Shown: piece by piece, positions 38,781 to 51,812 of the stretch
How the letters are laid out: each line of letters opens with the position of its first letter
How positions within the stretch are numbered: position 1 is the stretch's first letter
Assembly: GCA_030390025.1 (NCBI GenBank)
Contig: CM059432.1
Span: forward strand, 101,558,001 to 101,622,000
DNA length: 64,000 nt
From: Squalus acanthias
Lineage: Eukaryota
Direction of reading: 5' to 3'
Program-made: the position numbers and the translations under genes
The notes under the pieces: generated by a model
The model's database searches: none
Seen by the model: only the letters and a program-made list of their open reading frames with translations
What the model was told of the DNA's origin: nothing

Positions 38781-39520
38781 CGCCCAAAATTTGCGATCGG
38801 AGGCTTCCCCCGATCGGATGCCTCCAACCTGTAATAAATCTATGAATTTACCTGGTGGTCCGGGAGGTATGGAGACTTGCGATCCTGGGCCTCTCCGGGT
38901 ACGCACGGGCAGAGGCCCACGTATCCCAGGGGCGCAGGCAGTTCGCAAGCGCCCCTGGGATCATGTGGGCCGGCCTAACCAATAAAAGAAGGGAATCCCC
39001 GTTCATACTTATGGGAGTTCTGTACGTACGGAATCCCCATAAGTATGAATGGGGATCACTTAAAAAATACACAAACACATTAAATAAATTTTTAAAAATT
39101 ACATATTTAAAATTAATTAAAATGCCATTTAATTAAATATTTTAAACAAAATGTTTTAACGGGGCTAAAAATAAACTTACCTTATTGGACAGGGTTTTTC
39201 ATGTATAAATAAGTGCTAAAACTTTATTTTTCAATTTTTTAAAACTCTTATGCTGGTAAAAGCAGGCCTTATGCCTGCTTTTACCAGGCGTAAGAATTTC
39301 ACGGGCATTCAGCGGGCAGAAGTTGAGCAAATAGCGCAATTCTCCGCCCGCGGAGGCCCTTTTCCCGGGGATGCGGATGATCTGTCAAAAGAAATCTTGA
39401 CAGATTGCAAGTTCCGGGTTTACGCGCATGCGCTTCGCATGCCTAAACCTGGAACCTGCCCGGCTCTTACAGGTGCGTGCGCACCTCGTACACACCCGTA
39501 GGGGCCACAAATTATGGCCC
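38781..39520. mobile_element. 740-bp Harbinger-like MITE
   Basis: Imperfect TIR CGCCCAAAATTTG / CAAATTATGGCCC; flanks ATT / AAT; GC-rich arms with AT-rich centre, like 24187-24931. Confidence 0.65.
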
Positions 39521-40789
39521 AATAATTATCAAGAACAGGACCCTTGACCAGGGCCATAGAGTCCAGTTGTGGTGCCCCACCAATGCCTTGGCTGAGACTG
39601 GACTGAGTTAGTGGAGGTCAAAGTTCAAACCTGGTCTTACAGCTTTATACTAAACACTTTTCTTCAATCAGGCTGTGTATTAGCATACTTTGCTGGAACA
39701 TCTATTAAAATAAATTAAACTTGTCATTTTGGGCCACAAAAGAAACTTAGTTTGACCTTGCTAGTGGTAGAACTGTTCGTAATCCAATACAGTTACAAAA
39801 ATTTGAATAAATAAAATTTTAATTTTTAATATTAAAAGGAGTAACATTCCTTCTGCCTTGGCAGGATACCATTTTCAGTGTGGGCAAACTACACATTGCC
39901 ATCCACCTCGTTATAGCATATTGCACTATGAATTATAAAATCTGATTAAGTTATGAAAATCTATTGGTGTAGGAATAAAAGCAATCAATTTCTTGATCTG
40001 CTGGCATTCCTGCTCATTATTCGATGAAGCGGTTAAGTTAACAGCCAAATTGACACCCATGCTTTTTGCTTGCCAAGTGATTCTTTAATAAAGTGCTGAG
40101 GCATCGTCATCCTATTTGCACACACACGACTGTGAACATAACTCAAAGTGGCAGTCTATATCACTAAGATGGACAAAATTCTCAATTATTAGGCACTATT
40201 AATTTCATTCTTAAGGTTAAATGGTGTGGAAAATGAAAATGTGACAGTAGCTATAGTAGGGGTGCTCTTCTGAGAATGGAGTTACGGCACACTATTTTGG
40301 CACTGAAACAGATCTGTACCGATCTAACTTGTGCCATACTAACACCGAGAGCAAAAAATGGGGAAAAATGTGTTCAATTGTTAAGCAACAAGGAATGTGA
40401 GGGTGGGTGGTGGTGGCATTGGGGCACGACTGAGATGAACATGTGTGAGCTGGAGGAAAAGCCATTTAGGAAATGTACTGGTTACAATAGGACAAGCATG
40501 AGTGCGACCAAGTGAGTGGCAAGAACAGGCACGATATTGTTCTTCAGTGATAACAAGAAAAAATCTCCAGGTTCCCTAAAAGAGTCTGAGCTGGTGTAAG
40601 TGGTTCTTCTAACTTTCTTTCCATTTTTATTGATGTTGGTCCCTGCATTTATATGTCTGACCCTATTCCACTCTATCTACCTCCCAAATCTCCTTTCAGC
40701 AACATTCAATATACAAAGAAAAGAGTATGTATGATACAGCCCAACCAGATACTACACCTACTGCTTTGCCACCCAAATCTTGCACTTAC

Positions 40790-41670
40790 TTCTCCCACCA
40801 CTCCCTGTTCAAATATCTTTGGTCCAGTTTCTGCCCTGTCCACAGCATGGAATTCATCCAGGACAAAGTTATTGACATCCATCCTGACTGCTACAAGTGG
40901 TGAGCGATCCTTCACTGTCTTCCTGGACCTCTCCACTGCATTCAACACAGTTGACCAATGCAGCCTCCATCACTGCTTTTCCCCATGATAGACCCATGAC
41001 ACTGCACTCACTTGGTCCCACTCCTGCCTGTCCTACTGTAACTAGCACATTTCCGAAATAGATTTTCCTCTAGCTTGCACATGTTCATCATAGTAGTGCC
41101 CTAATGTTTGCCCCCACCCCCCACCACCTCCCCCCCACCCCATTCCTTGTTGACATATTTCCGCTCAGTGAATTCTGTCGGCATGAAATTAGCTTCCACG
41201 TGTTTGCTGAATAAACCCAGCTCAAAATCTCCATCACTGCCAGTGTGCTGTTTGACATCAAGTCATGGATGACCCATAACTTTTTTGCAATTTAACACTG
41301 GTATAACCAGAACCTCCACCATTGTTAAAACCCTTATCCATCCCTTTCACAACTCAAAGCTTAACTTCCCTTTACTGGCATCCTGAGATCCAGCCTACAG
41401 AAACTCAACTCAGCCAAAACTTCAACATAGATCTTAGTGCTCTCACCAACCTCCACTAGCTTCCTGTCCCAAATGCATTGGATTTAAAAAACTTCGATAG
41501 TCATGCCCAACCTATGCAAAACCCTCTAACCCGATTTCCCAACTCTTAGCTTTTTCTTTTCAGTTACCTTCCCCAATTCTTCTCCTACCACTGCCCAATA
41601 TTACTTTCTTCTCTGTGAGTTGACTCGGGATGTTGACTAATTTATGCACGTGATCTAAATACAAGTTATT
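40790..41670 (+). mobile_element. Old degenerate L2 LINE fragment
   Basis: VFLDLSTAFNTVDQ (L2 LLDLSAAFDTVDH motif); decayed L2-type tail near 41660. Confidence 0.6.
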
Positions 41671-42027
41671 GTTCCTTATCGCTGGTAAGTAACCCTGTTG
41701 CAGCATAAGCATCATTATCCTCCAAGAAGAGCAACTATGCAGAGCAGGATAGCTTATTTAATTTTTAAAGCACTAATCAGTAAGTATATAAGGCAGCAAA
41801 TTATTGTGTGTAGTAATGTAAAATTCAAAAACTTGTATTTTTTAATGTTGATATTGCTGTACTACAATTGTACCTTAGGTCATTTAATCTGTCTATGCAA
41901 AATAGGACAAGACACCAGGACCATGTGAACGTTTCTAGACTAAATAATGAAGATTGACCCATTGTACAAGCTTAGAGTGCTGTAGATGAGGCTTTTATAT
42001 AACTTAAAGTTGTGTTATCAAATGTGA

Positions 42028-42707
42028 TGAATGCTAGGCTTGTCTTCAGACAAACAGCATGGATTTAGTTATGAAAGTGATCAAATTCAGTTGTACCATC
42101 TAATGTAAAATTCCTTTCTGTAGTACAGCTGGATGGCATTATTGCTGTTTTGCAAGGACAGTCACCATGTCCAGGAGGGATATGATGTCACAGCATAAAT
42201 TACAGCTCAAGAGATCCAACAACTCAAAACACTCTCAATCACGTTCTTGGTCTGCTTGCAGTTTGAACAAAAATATTTATTTCAAACTCTCTCCCTCTGA
42301 CAAGACTATTACTTGACACTAAATCAACTGAACTCTAATCCTACCAGTTGGAACTTGTAATATTTTATTATCACCTTTCCAACGGAACTACAAATAATCC
42401 GACTGAACCTTACCCTCCAAACTGGACCCATATTGCATTTGTAAACCTCCTCAAATAAAGCCCATTCATCCAGGAATTACTGTCCAAGGTGTCTTCAGTA
42501 TGGGAGCATGCATCCCTCTTCCCAATCTACCACATCATGAAGCATTTATTATATATAAAATATTACATGATGACTGTCCTTGTAAAACAGCAATAATGCC
42601 ATCCAGCTGTACTACAGAAGATAATTTTACATTAGTAGATAAAATTGAATTTGATTACTTTCATAACTAAATCCATGCTGGTTGTCTGAAGGCTAGCCTT
42701 GCATTCA
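42028..42707. repeat. Long inverted repeat, 143-bp arms with 394-bp spacer
   Basis: 42028-42170 is the reverse complement of 42565-42707, e.g. TTCTGTAGTACAGCTGGATGGCATTATTGCTGTTTT / AAAACAGCAATAATGCCATCCAGCTGTACTACAGAA. Confidence 0.9.
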
Positions 42708-42719
42708 ATGAAACATTCA

Positions 42720-43650
42720 TAGATTGGAAGGAATAAAGATCGGTTCAATGCCATTGCCACCAACCAAAGAACCTTGGGAGTTGGAGAAAATAGTTACATG
42801 ATGCTAGGATAGTCAGTAAATAATTTTTCAAAACCTTGAACTGCTGGGTCACAAATACTAAAACAAAGTTGGATAAAATATGTAAGTGGTTAGAACAAGA
42901 GGAGATGAAATTTAATACAGACAAGTGTAAAGCACTTTAGACAGGAAGAAAATATATTAAAATAGATCTTGAAGTTTTAGTAGACTCGGCACTTAACACA
43001 TCAATCATTGGAGCAATAATCAGCAACGTGCTTAGCTACATAACAAAAAGAGTACAATTTCAAACTGTACAGTACGTTGCGCAGATCAAACCTTGAGTAC
43101 AGTGTCTAAGAGCCATTCAAGCCCTGGAGGCAGTTCAAAGAACCACAAGACTGATCCCAAGTGTCAGATGATTGAGTTATGAGGAAAGACTATACAAGCT
43201 TGAAGGAGACAATTCAAGCGACCTTATAAATGCACATGAAATGGTATAGAAAAGGTAAAACCATCACACTACTTCAAATTAAACCATGACATTAAGATGA
43301 GAGGCACTGGGTTAAACTAGTAAAGGCAAATTTAGAATAAAAATGGAAAATGCTGGAAATACTCAGCAGGTCAGGCAGCATCTGTAGAGAGAGAAACACA
43401 GTTTACATTTCAGGTCGATGACTTTTTGTCAGAAGTAAATGACCTTTCGTGAAAGATTTAGGACTAATGTTTGGAAGCTCTCCACATAAAAAAGTGATCA
43501 ACATGTGGAATGGATATGCAGGTACAGCAGTTGTAGTGCAAACTTTGGAATCATTTAACAAACAGTTAGATGCTTTAAGGGTCTTTCTGATGGATGAGCT
43601 AGAAAAAAAGGTCAAATTGCTTTCCTCGTCTGTGTCTATATTGTGATCAT
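42720..43650 (+). mobile_element. Old degenerate CR1 3' fragment
   Basis: ATGAAATTTAATACAGACAAGTGTAAAG (MKFNTDKCK), CCTTGAGTAC, AGTTATGAGGAAAGACT, VINMWN; contains a Penelope-like insert. Confidence 0.65.
43345..43434 (-). mobile_element. Penelope-like fragment with degenerate hammerhead core
   Basis: Minus strand TTCTGACAAAAAGTCATCGACCTGAAATGTAAAC, homologous to 31419-31449 and 60484-60574. Confidence 0.6.
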
Positions 43651-44538
43651 TGGAGGTACGCTGCAGAAACTTAAAGTGCCAGCAGACCCAAAGAAAGATG
43701 GATGGAAACCTTTGGCGTTGAGTGTCTCGAGGAAGTGACTGGGGACAAAATGAGCTTTGACAACAGTAAATGTCTTCCATTATAAGTTATGTTCTCCACT
43801 AGACCTTAACTAATGTGAAGCTTAGTCTAGAATGTTAGTTGGAAACATATTACATCTGATTGCTTGCTTTATGTACATTATTATCTGTCAGAATGCATAA
43901 AAGTAATATTTTGAGCGTGAAATTAAAACTCTATGGTACTTCATTATTATGTACCTTTTTTTTATCTCTACAGAAAAGCTTTTCACCATTCAGACTACAA
44001 ATCATTAACACAATGCACACAACAAAAACTATGCATGCAATTACAACTGTACCAGGCATCTACACAGACTGTAGAATCTCCTGCACCTTCACCAGTACAT
44101 ATGAGGATTTAGCATGTACACTGTTTGACACAACATTGGAGAGACCAAGGAGAAGTTGCAAGCTTCCTTGATTTGAGGCTGAATGGAAAGCCAAAGAAGT
44201 AGAGAGGTCAGTGGAGCTGCTTCTAAAATGAGAGCGTTGAAGCATCAACACAATAGCAACAATATAATGGCAAATATGCACACTGTGATAAACAAAAGGA
44301 TAGATGGAGAGATCCATCACAGATTAATCATTCCAACTCTAACATGCATAATGTGCCGGACCAATGAATGATTGCACTGCAGTTCATCCTCAACAGTTAG
44401 TCAAAAAAACATGGTGGCCACTGTAAAATTGGTTACGTCTCAGATCTGAGTGCCAAGGAAACCTGACAATTTGAGCTGGGCTGTTAGGTGAAGCTTTAAA
44501 ATAGTCATGAACTTTACTATCAAAATGAGGGAAAATAT

Positions 44539-46285
44539 GGGTTGGATTTTCCAGGGGGTCAGCAGGTGAGATCAGTGGTGGGTCAGGTGGGAAAGTGTTT
44601 TTTTCCTCAGCGGGTCGTGACCCTGCTGTGAACCCGTCGCTATGCGCCTTTCCCTGATGTCAGGTCTGTCAGTGTTGAACAGACCCGACACGCAGCAGCA
44701 GGGGACCCAATTCAACTAATTAGTGGCTTGTTTAGACCCACATAAGAATGAATTTCAGCTCACCTTCTGCATTTGACAGCTCGCCCACGGGGTCCACACT
44801 GGTCGTGGTCCACATCTGTAAAGCTGAGGCGAGAGTTCAGTGGCCATTGAATCAGCTGTTGAGTTGACAGCTTCAAATGTACAGTAAAAGCTCCCAACTT
44901 ACAGAGATATCTTCCCTCAGCCACAAGCTCTTCCTCACTGCATTTCCACAACAGATTCACCATGCTGCAAGTCTTTACACAAGTCTTCATAAAGTGACCT
45001 CATTACCTCTCTCATCATTGACAGATCGCTTCTGTCATCTCTATTTTATCTGCCATCTATTCCATCAGCATGAGTGCCCTTTATACTGTCTCACCTTGGT
45101 CCTCAGAATCCCACCATGATCAGCCCCAACACCAGCAGCACCAGGCACACCAGCAGCACCAACAACAGCACCAACATTCTCCGCAATCACCTGATGCTGC
45201 ACAGGACACAGGGCATCAGCACCCAACCACATTGCTGCCCGGGACACCAGGGATGGCCTCACCATTGCCAGATTTAGTTCACTTGACGCTGTACACCCTG
45301 GCTGCCACATGATGCGCCAGGTTGGCACCACCCCACACCAACACCATAAAGCATCCCTACAGTGCTCAAACCATTCCTTTCACACTCATCACCATTGTGG
45401 GGTTACTCTTATGTCTCAACATTCACTGCAACTCACTAAGCCACTTCCAAAGGTGCACAGAAATCTGTCTAAGAATGCAAAGTGTTGAAAATAAAGGTTT
45501 CAATGTTTGACACCACATTAACAGAAACTTTACACGAGCATTGCATAAAACACCCAAGTGCCTACCCTTATGTGTCATTAGTTAGCATGATTGCACTAGG
45601 ACGAGGGTGCGTGTGAGGGGTGGCTAGTCAGATGGGGAAGTGATAATGTAGATAGAGAGGGATGGGTGGAGGTGCAAGGTAAGTTGGTGTGATTAAGGAT
45701 GTGCAGGAGTAGGGTCGGGAAGGCAGAGTGATGGGGATGTGATGAGAGGTACAGCAGGACGAGGTTGAGTGTGGCTTTGTACTAATGTTTTGTGATCTAC
45801 TGAGATCTATGAAACATTTGCGGCACTGCACCCAGGTCCTTCTGACCACATCCCTGCTTGTGCCCTCCTCTGCAATGTGCAGCCAGGCTGTGTTGATCTC
45901 CCAGGGAGGTCTCTTCCACCCATGGGAAAGGAGGAGGACCTCCCTGCGTGCTGTGACTCCCTCCATAAGCATATGGAGGGAATCATGGGAGAGCCTGGGT
46001 GCAGCCGTGCACCTCTGTGCAGTGCTCGTCAGTTTTTGCAGCACCTCAATGCTGTAGAACACTGACAGCACAAATGTCTAAATAAAGTTGGCCATGGTCC
46101 CTTTATCATCAAATGACGTCACCAGACCCACTTCCTCTAATTGGTCGGGAAATGCACTGGGCAGGCTTAACAAGCCCAATCAATGGAAAGTTATTTCAGA
46201 GGCCGGGATGGAGCCAGCAGTGGGGTCGCAACCCGCCACCGATGTCACCCGCCACAGACCCGCCGAGGTTAGCAAAATCGCGGCC
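44539..46285. mobile_element. Non-autonomous Harbinger derivative retaining Myb/SANT exon 1 (minus strand)
   Basis: TIR GGGTTGGATTTT / AAAATCGCGGCC; exact TSD TAT; ORF 45628-46071 AAPRLSHDSLHMLMEGV...AWLHIAEE...RRTWVQCRKCFIDL. Confidence 0.85.
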
Positions 46286-46426
46286 TATGAGTTTGCCTGC
46301 CTACTATGGCGCAAAGATGCTTCTTATTGGCCAACTACTGAGCTGCAATAGAATAGTTCTGGGAAGAACATGACTGTGTAGTGGAGAAAATGGAGCATTA
46401 CAGAATAAACATGGTTAAGAAATATT

Positions 46427-47319
46427 GGGGTAGAAATTAGGTCGCGCCCCATTTGGGGCGCAAATATCGTCCGGACACAAATATTAGCGCCTGGCGCTAA
46501 TTATCGGCACTGACGGGAAACTTCACTTTTACCGCCCCGGGAGGTGAGTGGAGCGCTAAAGCAGGCGCTGCACACCTCTCTTAAGGCGCAAAGGCCGAGC
46601 AGTGAGGCGCTAACTCGGAGCGCTGGCGAAGCTCATGTAATGTCAGTCAGCAATGGAACACACACACAATGGCACGGGCCAGTTCTTAAAGGGGATGGTT
46701 AATCTTGCTTTCCATCCACATCCTGTTCATTGCAGCCTTGAATCTCGGCCTGGAGAGACTTGCACATCAAATGTGCTGGAAAGAACAATGGAGAGCACCA
46801 GGCAAAGAGCTCAGAGTGCAGCTCCCACGGTCTCTGCTAAATCGATACAAGGAATGGCAAATCAAAATGAACCTGCAAAGTGCTGCTCAGTACCCAAAAC
46901 TCCTTCACACAACGTTGAATCTCTCCAGAAGTCTCTCCCTCTCTCTCTCAGAATGCGTAGTTCAAAAATGCCACCAATAATAAAAGACAGGAAGAGGCCC
47001 CCTTTAAATAGCGCCCCCCCCAGCCCCACAGCGATTGATAGCGTTCCAGTCTTCTGGTCGTTGGAAGCGCCAGGCGGTAAGGCAGGGGGCGCCACTCAAT
47101 TTCCGCTACGGGGCGCCCCAAGGGCGTTGCACCATGGAATGACGTCACAATCTGCGCGCGCAGGTGGTCGCAGCGGTAAGTTTTAGCGCCGCCGCACAAT
47201 CTCAAGTTAAGTTCTCGAGCGGCGCAAACATCGCTGCGCCCGGGCGTTAGCGGCTTTGCGCCCCATTAGCGCCCTCTTAAGGCGCTAACGGGTGGCGCAA
47301 CCAAGTGAATTTTTACCCC
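46427..47319. mobile_element. 893-bp internal-deletion derivative of the 17307-21393 Harbinger family
   Basis: TIR GGGGTAGAAATT / AATTTTTACCCC; exact TSD ATT; 46427-46760 is colinear with 17307-17640 and about 46870-47319 with 20930-21393. Confidence 0.92.
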
Positions 47320-47364
47320 ATTGACTTAAGCTATAGCTCATGAAAAGAAATAAAAGTATGAAAC

Positions 47365-48337
47365 TGGGGCCTCAGCTTTTCACTATATTTATAAATGACT
47401 TGGATGAAGGAATAGAGAGCCGTATATCTAAGTTTGCTGATGACACCAAGTTCGGTGGCACAGTAAATAGTGTAGATGGGAGCAGTAAGTTGCAAAGGGA
47501 TATCGATAGATTAAGTAAATGGACAAAACTGTAGCAGATGGAGTTCAATTTGGGGAAGTGTGACGTCATCCACTTTGGACGTAAGAAAGAGAGATCAGAT
47601 AATTTTCTAAATGGTGAGACGTTAGAGGAACAGAGAGATTTAGGGTTCCATGTACAGAAATCACTAAAAGCTAGTGGACAGGTACACAAAAATAATTTAA
47701 AATGTTAATGGAATGTTGGCCTTTATCTAAAGGGGGCTGGAGTACAAAGGGGTTGAAGTTATGTCTGATATATAAAGCTTTGGTTAGTCCCCATTTAGAG
47801 TATTGCCTTCAGTTCTGGGCACCACATCGCAGGAAGGATATATTGGCTTTGGAAGGGATGCAGCTCAGATCCAGCAGAATGATACTGGGGCAAAAAGGGT
47901 TAAATTATGAGAACAGGTTGCATAGACTAGTTTTATATTTCCTTGAGAATAGAAGATTAAGGAGTAATCTAATTAAAGTGCTTAAGATGATGAAAGAAGT
48001 TGATAGGTTAGATAGAGAGAAATTATTTCCTCTGGTGGGGGAGTCCAGAACAAAGGGGCATAACCTTAAAATTAGAACTAGGCCATTCAGGGGTGATGTC
48101 AGGAAGCACTTCTGCACACAATGGGTAGTGGAAATCTGAAACTCTCTGCCCCCAAAAAGCCGTTCAGGCTAGGTCAATTGAAAATGTCAAGACGGAGATT
48201 GATAGATTTTTGTCAGGTAAGGGTATTAAGGGTTACAGAACCAAGTTGGGTAGATGGAGTTAAGTTACAGATTAGCCATGATCCAATTGAATGGTGTAAA
48301 GGCTCCAGCAGCTGAATGGCCTACTTCTGTTCCTATG
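47365..48337 (+). mobile_element. CR1 LINE 3' fragment
   Basis: [16 protein letters not shown]...[27 protein letters not shown]; tail GAATGGCCTACTTCTGTTCCTATG. Confidence 0.9.
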
Positions 48338-48855
48338 AGTGTTAGTGGGCTGCTCAATTATCAGCACCCTCACACCCAAGACCATTCCTACCCTCCTGCA
48401 TGTCAACATACTATTTCCAACAGGGGTCAGTAGAAGGAAACAGCAAACATGAGCGAAAACCTTACCTGTTTTTTCCTGTCCTTAGCATGAGGCCATTGTA
48501 CCATCTTCATTGCTGCCCTCACTGAAATCAGCTAATGCAATGCAATGCACACCAGTGAACAAACTTGGACTTCTGCACAGCTCAGTAACATACTGTAATA
48601 ACCCACAAAACTACTGGAGAAGCAACTTTGAAATGTATTTAAAATTTGTTGTCGTATAGAACATTTTATATTTCAACTATGTTGGTACTGTTACAATCAA
48701 ATGGTACTTGTGCTTACTTAAACTCTATTGATAAACAGTTATCTTTTTCATATCTTGTTCCTCTGTGCACCAGCAAGCAACAATACTTTCTGTTGATTGT
48801 CCTTTTCAATAGAAATAATGGCATGGTGAGAAGATATGTTATCGAACCACATTGT

Positions 48856-49294
48856 AAAGGAAAGGACTTGTAAGAGTTTATATAGCACCTCTCATGACCC
48901 AAAAGACTTCAGAGTTTTGAAGTACTTTTTTTCATTGAAGTCTAGTCACTGTTGTAATGTCGAACAATGTTACAGCCAATTTGCACACAGCAAGTTCCCA
49001 CAGAGATGAAATACATGACCAAATAGCCAATTCATGTGATGTTGGTTGAGGGATAAATATTGGCCAGGACACCATTGAGAACCCTGCTGCCCTTCTTTGA
49101 ATAGTGCCAAGGGATCTTTTACGTCCACCTGAGAGGGCAGACGGAGCCTTGGTTTACCTTCTCATCTGAAAGAAGGCACATCTGACAGCGTAGCACTCCC
49201 TCAGTAGTGCACTGCAGTGTCAGCCTGGATTATATGCCCTTAAGTTTATTCAACGGGGTTGCAAGTTGCAACCTTCTGACTCAGAGGCAAGAGT
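48856..49294 (-). mobile_element. Deu-domain SINE body (5' head displaced to 51744-51765)
   Basis: Reverse complement of the 11457 and 21669 SINEs; stops at GAGGCAAGAGT where a poly-T LINE tail begins. Confidence 0.85.
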
Positions 49295-51743
49295 TTTTTT
49301 TTTATTCGCTTATGGGATCTGGGTGTCGCTGGCAAGGCCAGCATTTATTGCCCATCCCTAGTTGCCCTTGAGAAGGTCGTGGTGAGCTGCCTTCTTGAAC
49401 CGCTGCAGTCTGTGTGGTGAAGGTACTCCCACAGTGTTGTTAGGGAGGGAGTTCCAGGATTTTGACCTAGCGACAATGAAGGATCGGCGATATACATCTA
49501 AGTCAGGATGGTGTGTGACTTGGAGGGGAACTTGGAGGTGGTGGTATTCCCATGCGCCTACTGCCCTTGTCCTTCAAGGTGGAAGAGGTCGCGGGTTTGG
49601 GAGGTGCTGCCAAAGAAGCCTTGGCGAGTTGCTGCAGTGCATCTTGTAGATGGTACACAATGCAGCCACGGTACGCCGGTGGTGGAGGGAGTGAATGTTT
49701 AAGGTGGTGGATGGGGTGCCAATCAAGCAGTGTGCTTTGTCCTGGATGGTGTCGAGATTCTTGAGTGTTGTTGGAGCTGCACTCATCCAGGCAAGTGGAG
49801 AGTATTCCATCACGCTCCTTACTTGTGCCTTGTAGATGGTAGAAAGGCTTTGGGGAGTCAGGAGGTGAGACACTCGCCACATAATACCTAGCCTCTGACC
49901 TGCTCTTGTTGCCACAGTATTTATGTGGCTGGCCCAGTTAAGTTTCTGGTCAATGGTGAACCCCAGGATGTTGATGGTGGGGGATTCGGCGATGGTAATG
50001 CCGTTGAATGTCAAGGGGAGGTGGTTAGACTCTTGCTTGTTGGAGATAGTCATTGCCTGGCACTTCTGTGGCGTGAATGTTACCTGCCACTTATCAGCCC
50101 AAGCCTGACCATTGTCCAGGTCTTGTTGCATGTGGACATGGACAGCTTCATTATTTGAGAAGTTGTGAATGGCGCTGAACACTGTGCAGTCATCAGCGAA
50201 CATCCCCATTTCTGACCTTATGTTGGAGGGAAGGTCATTGATGAAGCAGCTGAAGATGGTTGGGCCTAGGACACTGCCCTGAGGAACTCCTGCAGCAATG
50301 TCCTGAGGCTGTGATGATTGACCTTCAATCACCACAACCAACTTCCTTTGTGCCAGTGGAGCGTTTTCCCCCTGATTCCCATTGACTTCAGTTTTACTAG
50401 GGCTCCTTGATGCCACACTCGGTCAAATGCTGCCTTGATGTCAAGGGCAGTCATTCTCACCTCACCTCTGGAATTCAGCTCCTTTGTCCATGTTTGGACC
50501 AAGGCTGTAATGAGGTCTGGAGCCGAGTGGTCTTGCCGGAACCCAAACTGGGCATCAGTGAGCAGGTTATTGGTGAGTAAGTGCCGCTTGATAGCACTGT
50601 GGATGACACCTTCCATCACTTTGCTGATGATTGAGAGCAGACTGCTGGGGCGGTAAATGGCTGGGTTGGATTTGTCCTGCTTTTTGTTGACAGGACATAC
50701 CTGGGAAGTTTTCCACATTGTCGGATAGATGCCAGTGTTGTTGCTGTACTGGAACAGCTTGGCTAGAGGTGCGGCTAGTTCTGGAGCACAAGCCTTCAGC
50801 ACGATAGCCGGGATGTTGACGGGGCCCCTTAGCCTTTGCTGTATCCAGTGTGCTCAGCCATTTCTTGATATCACATGGAGTGAATCGAATGGGCTGAAGA
50901 CTGGCTTCTGTGATGGTGGGGACCTCGGGAGTAGGCCGATATGGATCATCCACTCTGCACTTCTGGCTGAAGATGGTTCAAACGCTTCAGCCATGTCTTT
51001 TGCACTCATGTGCTGGGCTCCACCATCATTGAGGATGGGGATATTCATAGAGCCTCCTCCTCCCGTTAGTTGTTTAATGGTCCACACCATTCACAACTGG
51101 ATGTGGCAGGACTGCAGAGCTTTGATCTGATCCGTTGATTGTGGGATCACTTAGCCCTGTCTATAGCATGCTGCTTCCGCTTTTTAGCATGCATGTAGTC
51201 AGTCCTGTGTTGCAGCTTCCCCAGGTTGGCACCTCATTTTTAGGTACGCCTGGTACTGCTCCCGGCATGCTCTTCTACATTCCTTATTGAACCAGGGTTG
51301 ATCCCCTGGCTTGGTGGTAATGGTAGAGTGAGGGATATGCCGGGCCATGAGGTTACAGATTGTGGTGGATGCCCAGTTTTGAGCTGCTAGATCTGTTCTG
51401 AATCTATCCCATTTAGCATGGTGGTAGTGCCACACAACACGATGGAGGGTATCCTCAGTGTGAAGATGGGACTTCATCTCCACAATGACTGTGCGGTGGT
51501 CACTGCTACCAATGCTGTTATGGACAGATGCATCTGCGACAGGTAGATTGGTGAGGTCGAGGTCAAGTAGGTTTTCCCCTCGTGTTGGTTCTCTCACCAC
51601 CTGTCGCAGGCCCAAACCGGCAGTTATGTCCTTCAGGACTCAGCCAGCGCGGTCAGTCGTGATGCTACCGAACCACTCTTGGTGCTGGACATTGAAGACC
51701 CCCACCCAGAGTATATTCTGTGCCCTTGCTACTCTCAGTGCCT
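49295..51743 (-). mobile_element. CR1-group LINE 'family B', 2.45 kb (endonuclease end, RT, 3'UTR, poly-A)
   Basis: QVVREPTRGENLLDL...GSSDH (APE end); [38 protein letters not shown] (RT); several frameshifts. Confidence 0.93.
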
Positions 51744-51765
51744 CTACCACTGAGCCACGGCTGAC
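51744..51765 (-). mobile_element. 5' head (A box) of the SINE at 48856-49294
   Basis: Minus strand GTCAGCCGTGGCTCAGTGGTAG matches the SINE starts at 11457 and 21669. Confidence 0.75.
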
Positions 51766-51812
51766 ATATTTCTCTATGATTGTAAGTGGAATAACTAAGT
51801 AAGTAAATATGT

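Noticed and set aside
45070..45312. Gln/His-rich ORF as a host gene
   Set aside because: Low-complexity segment inside a TIR-bounded element, also present degraded at 61780-62000.
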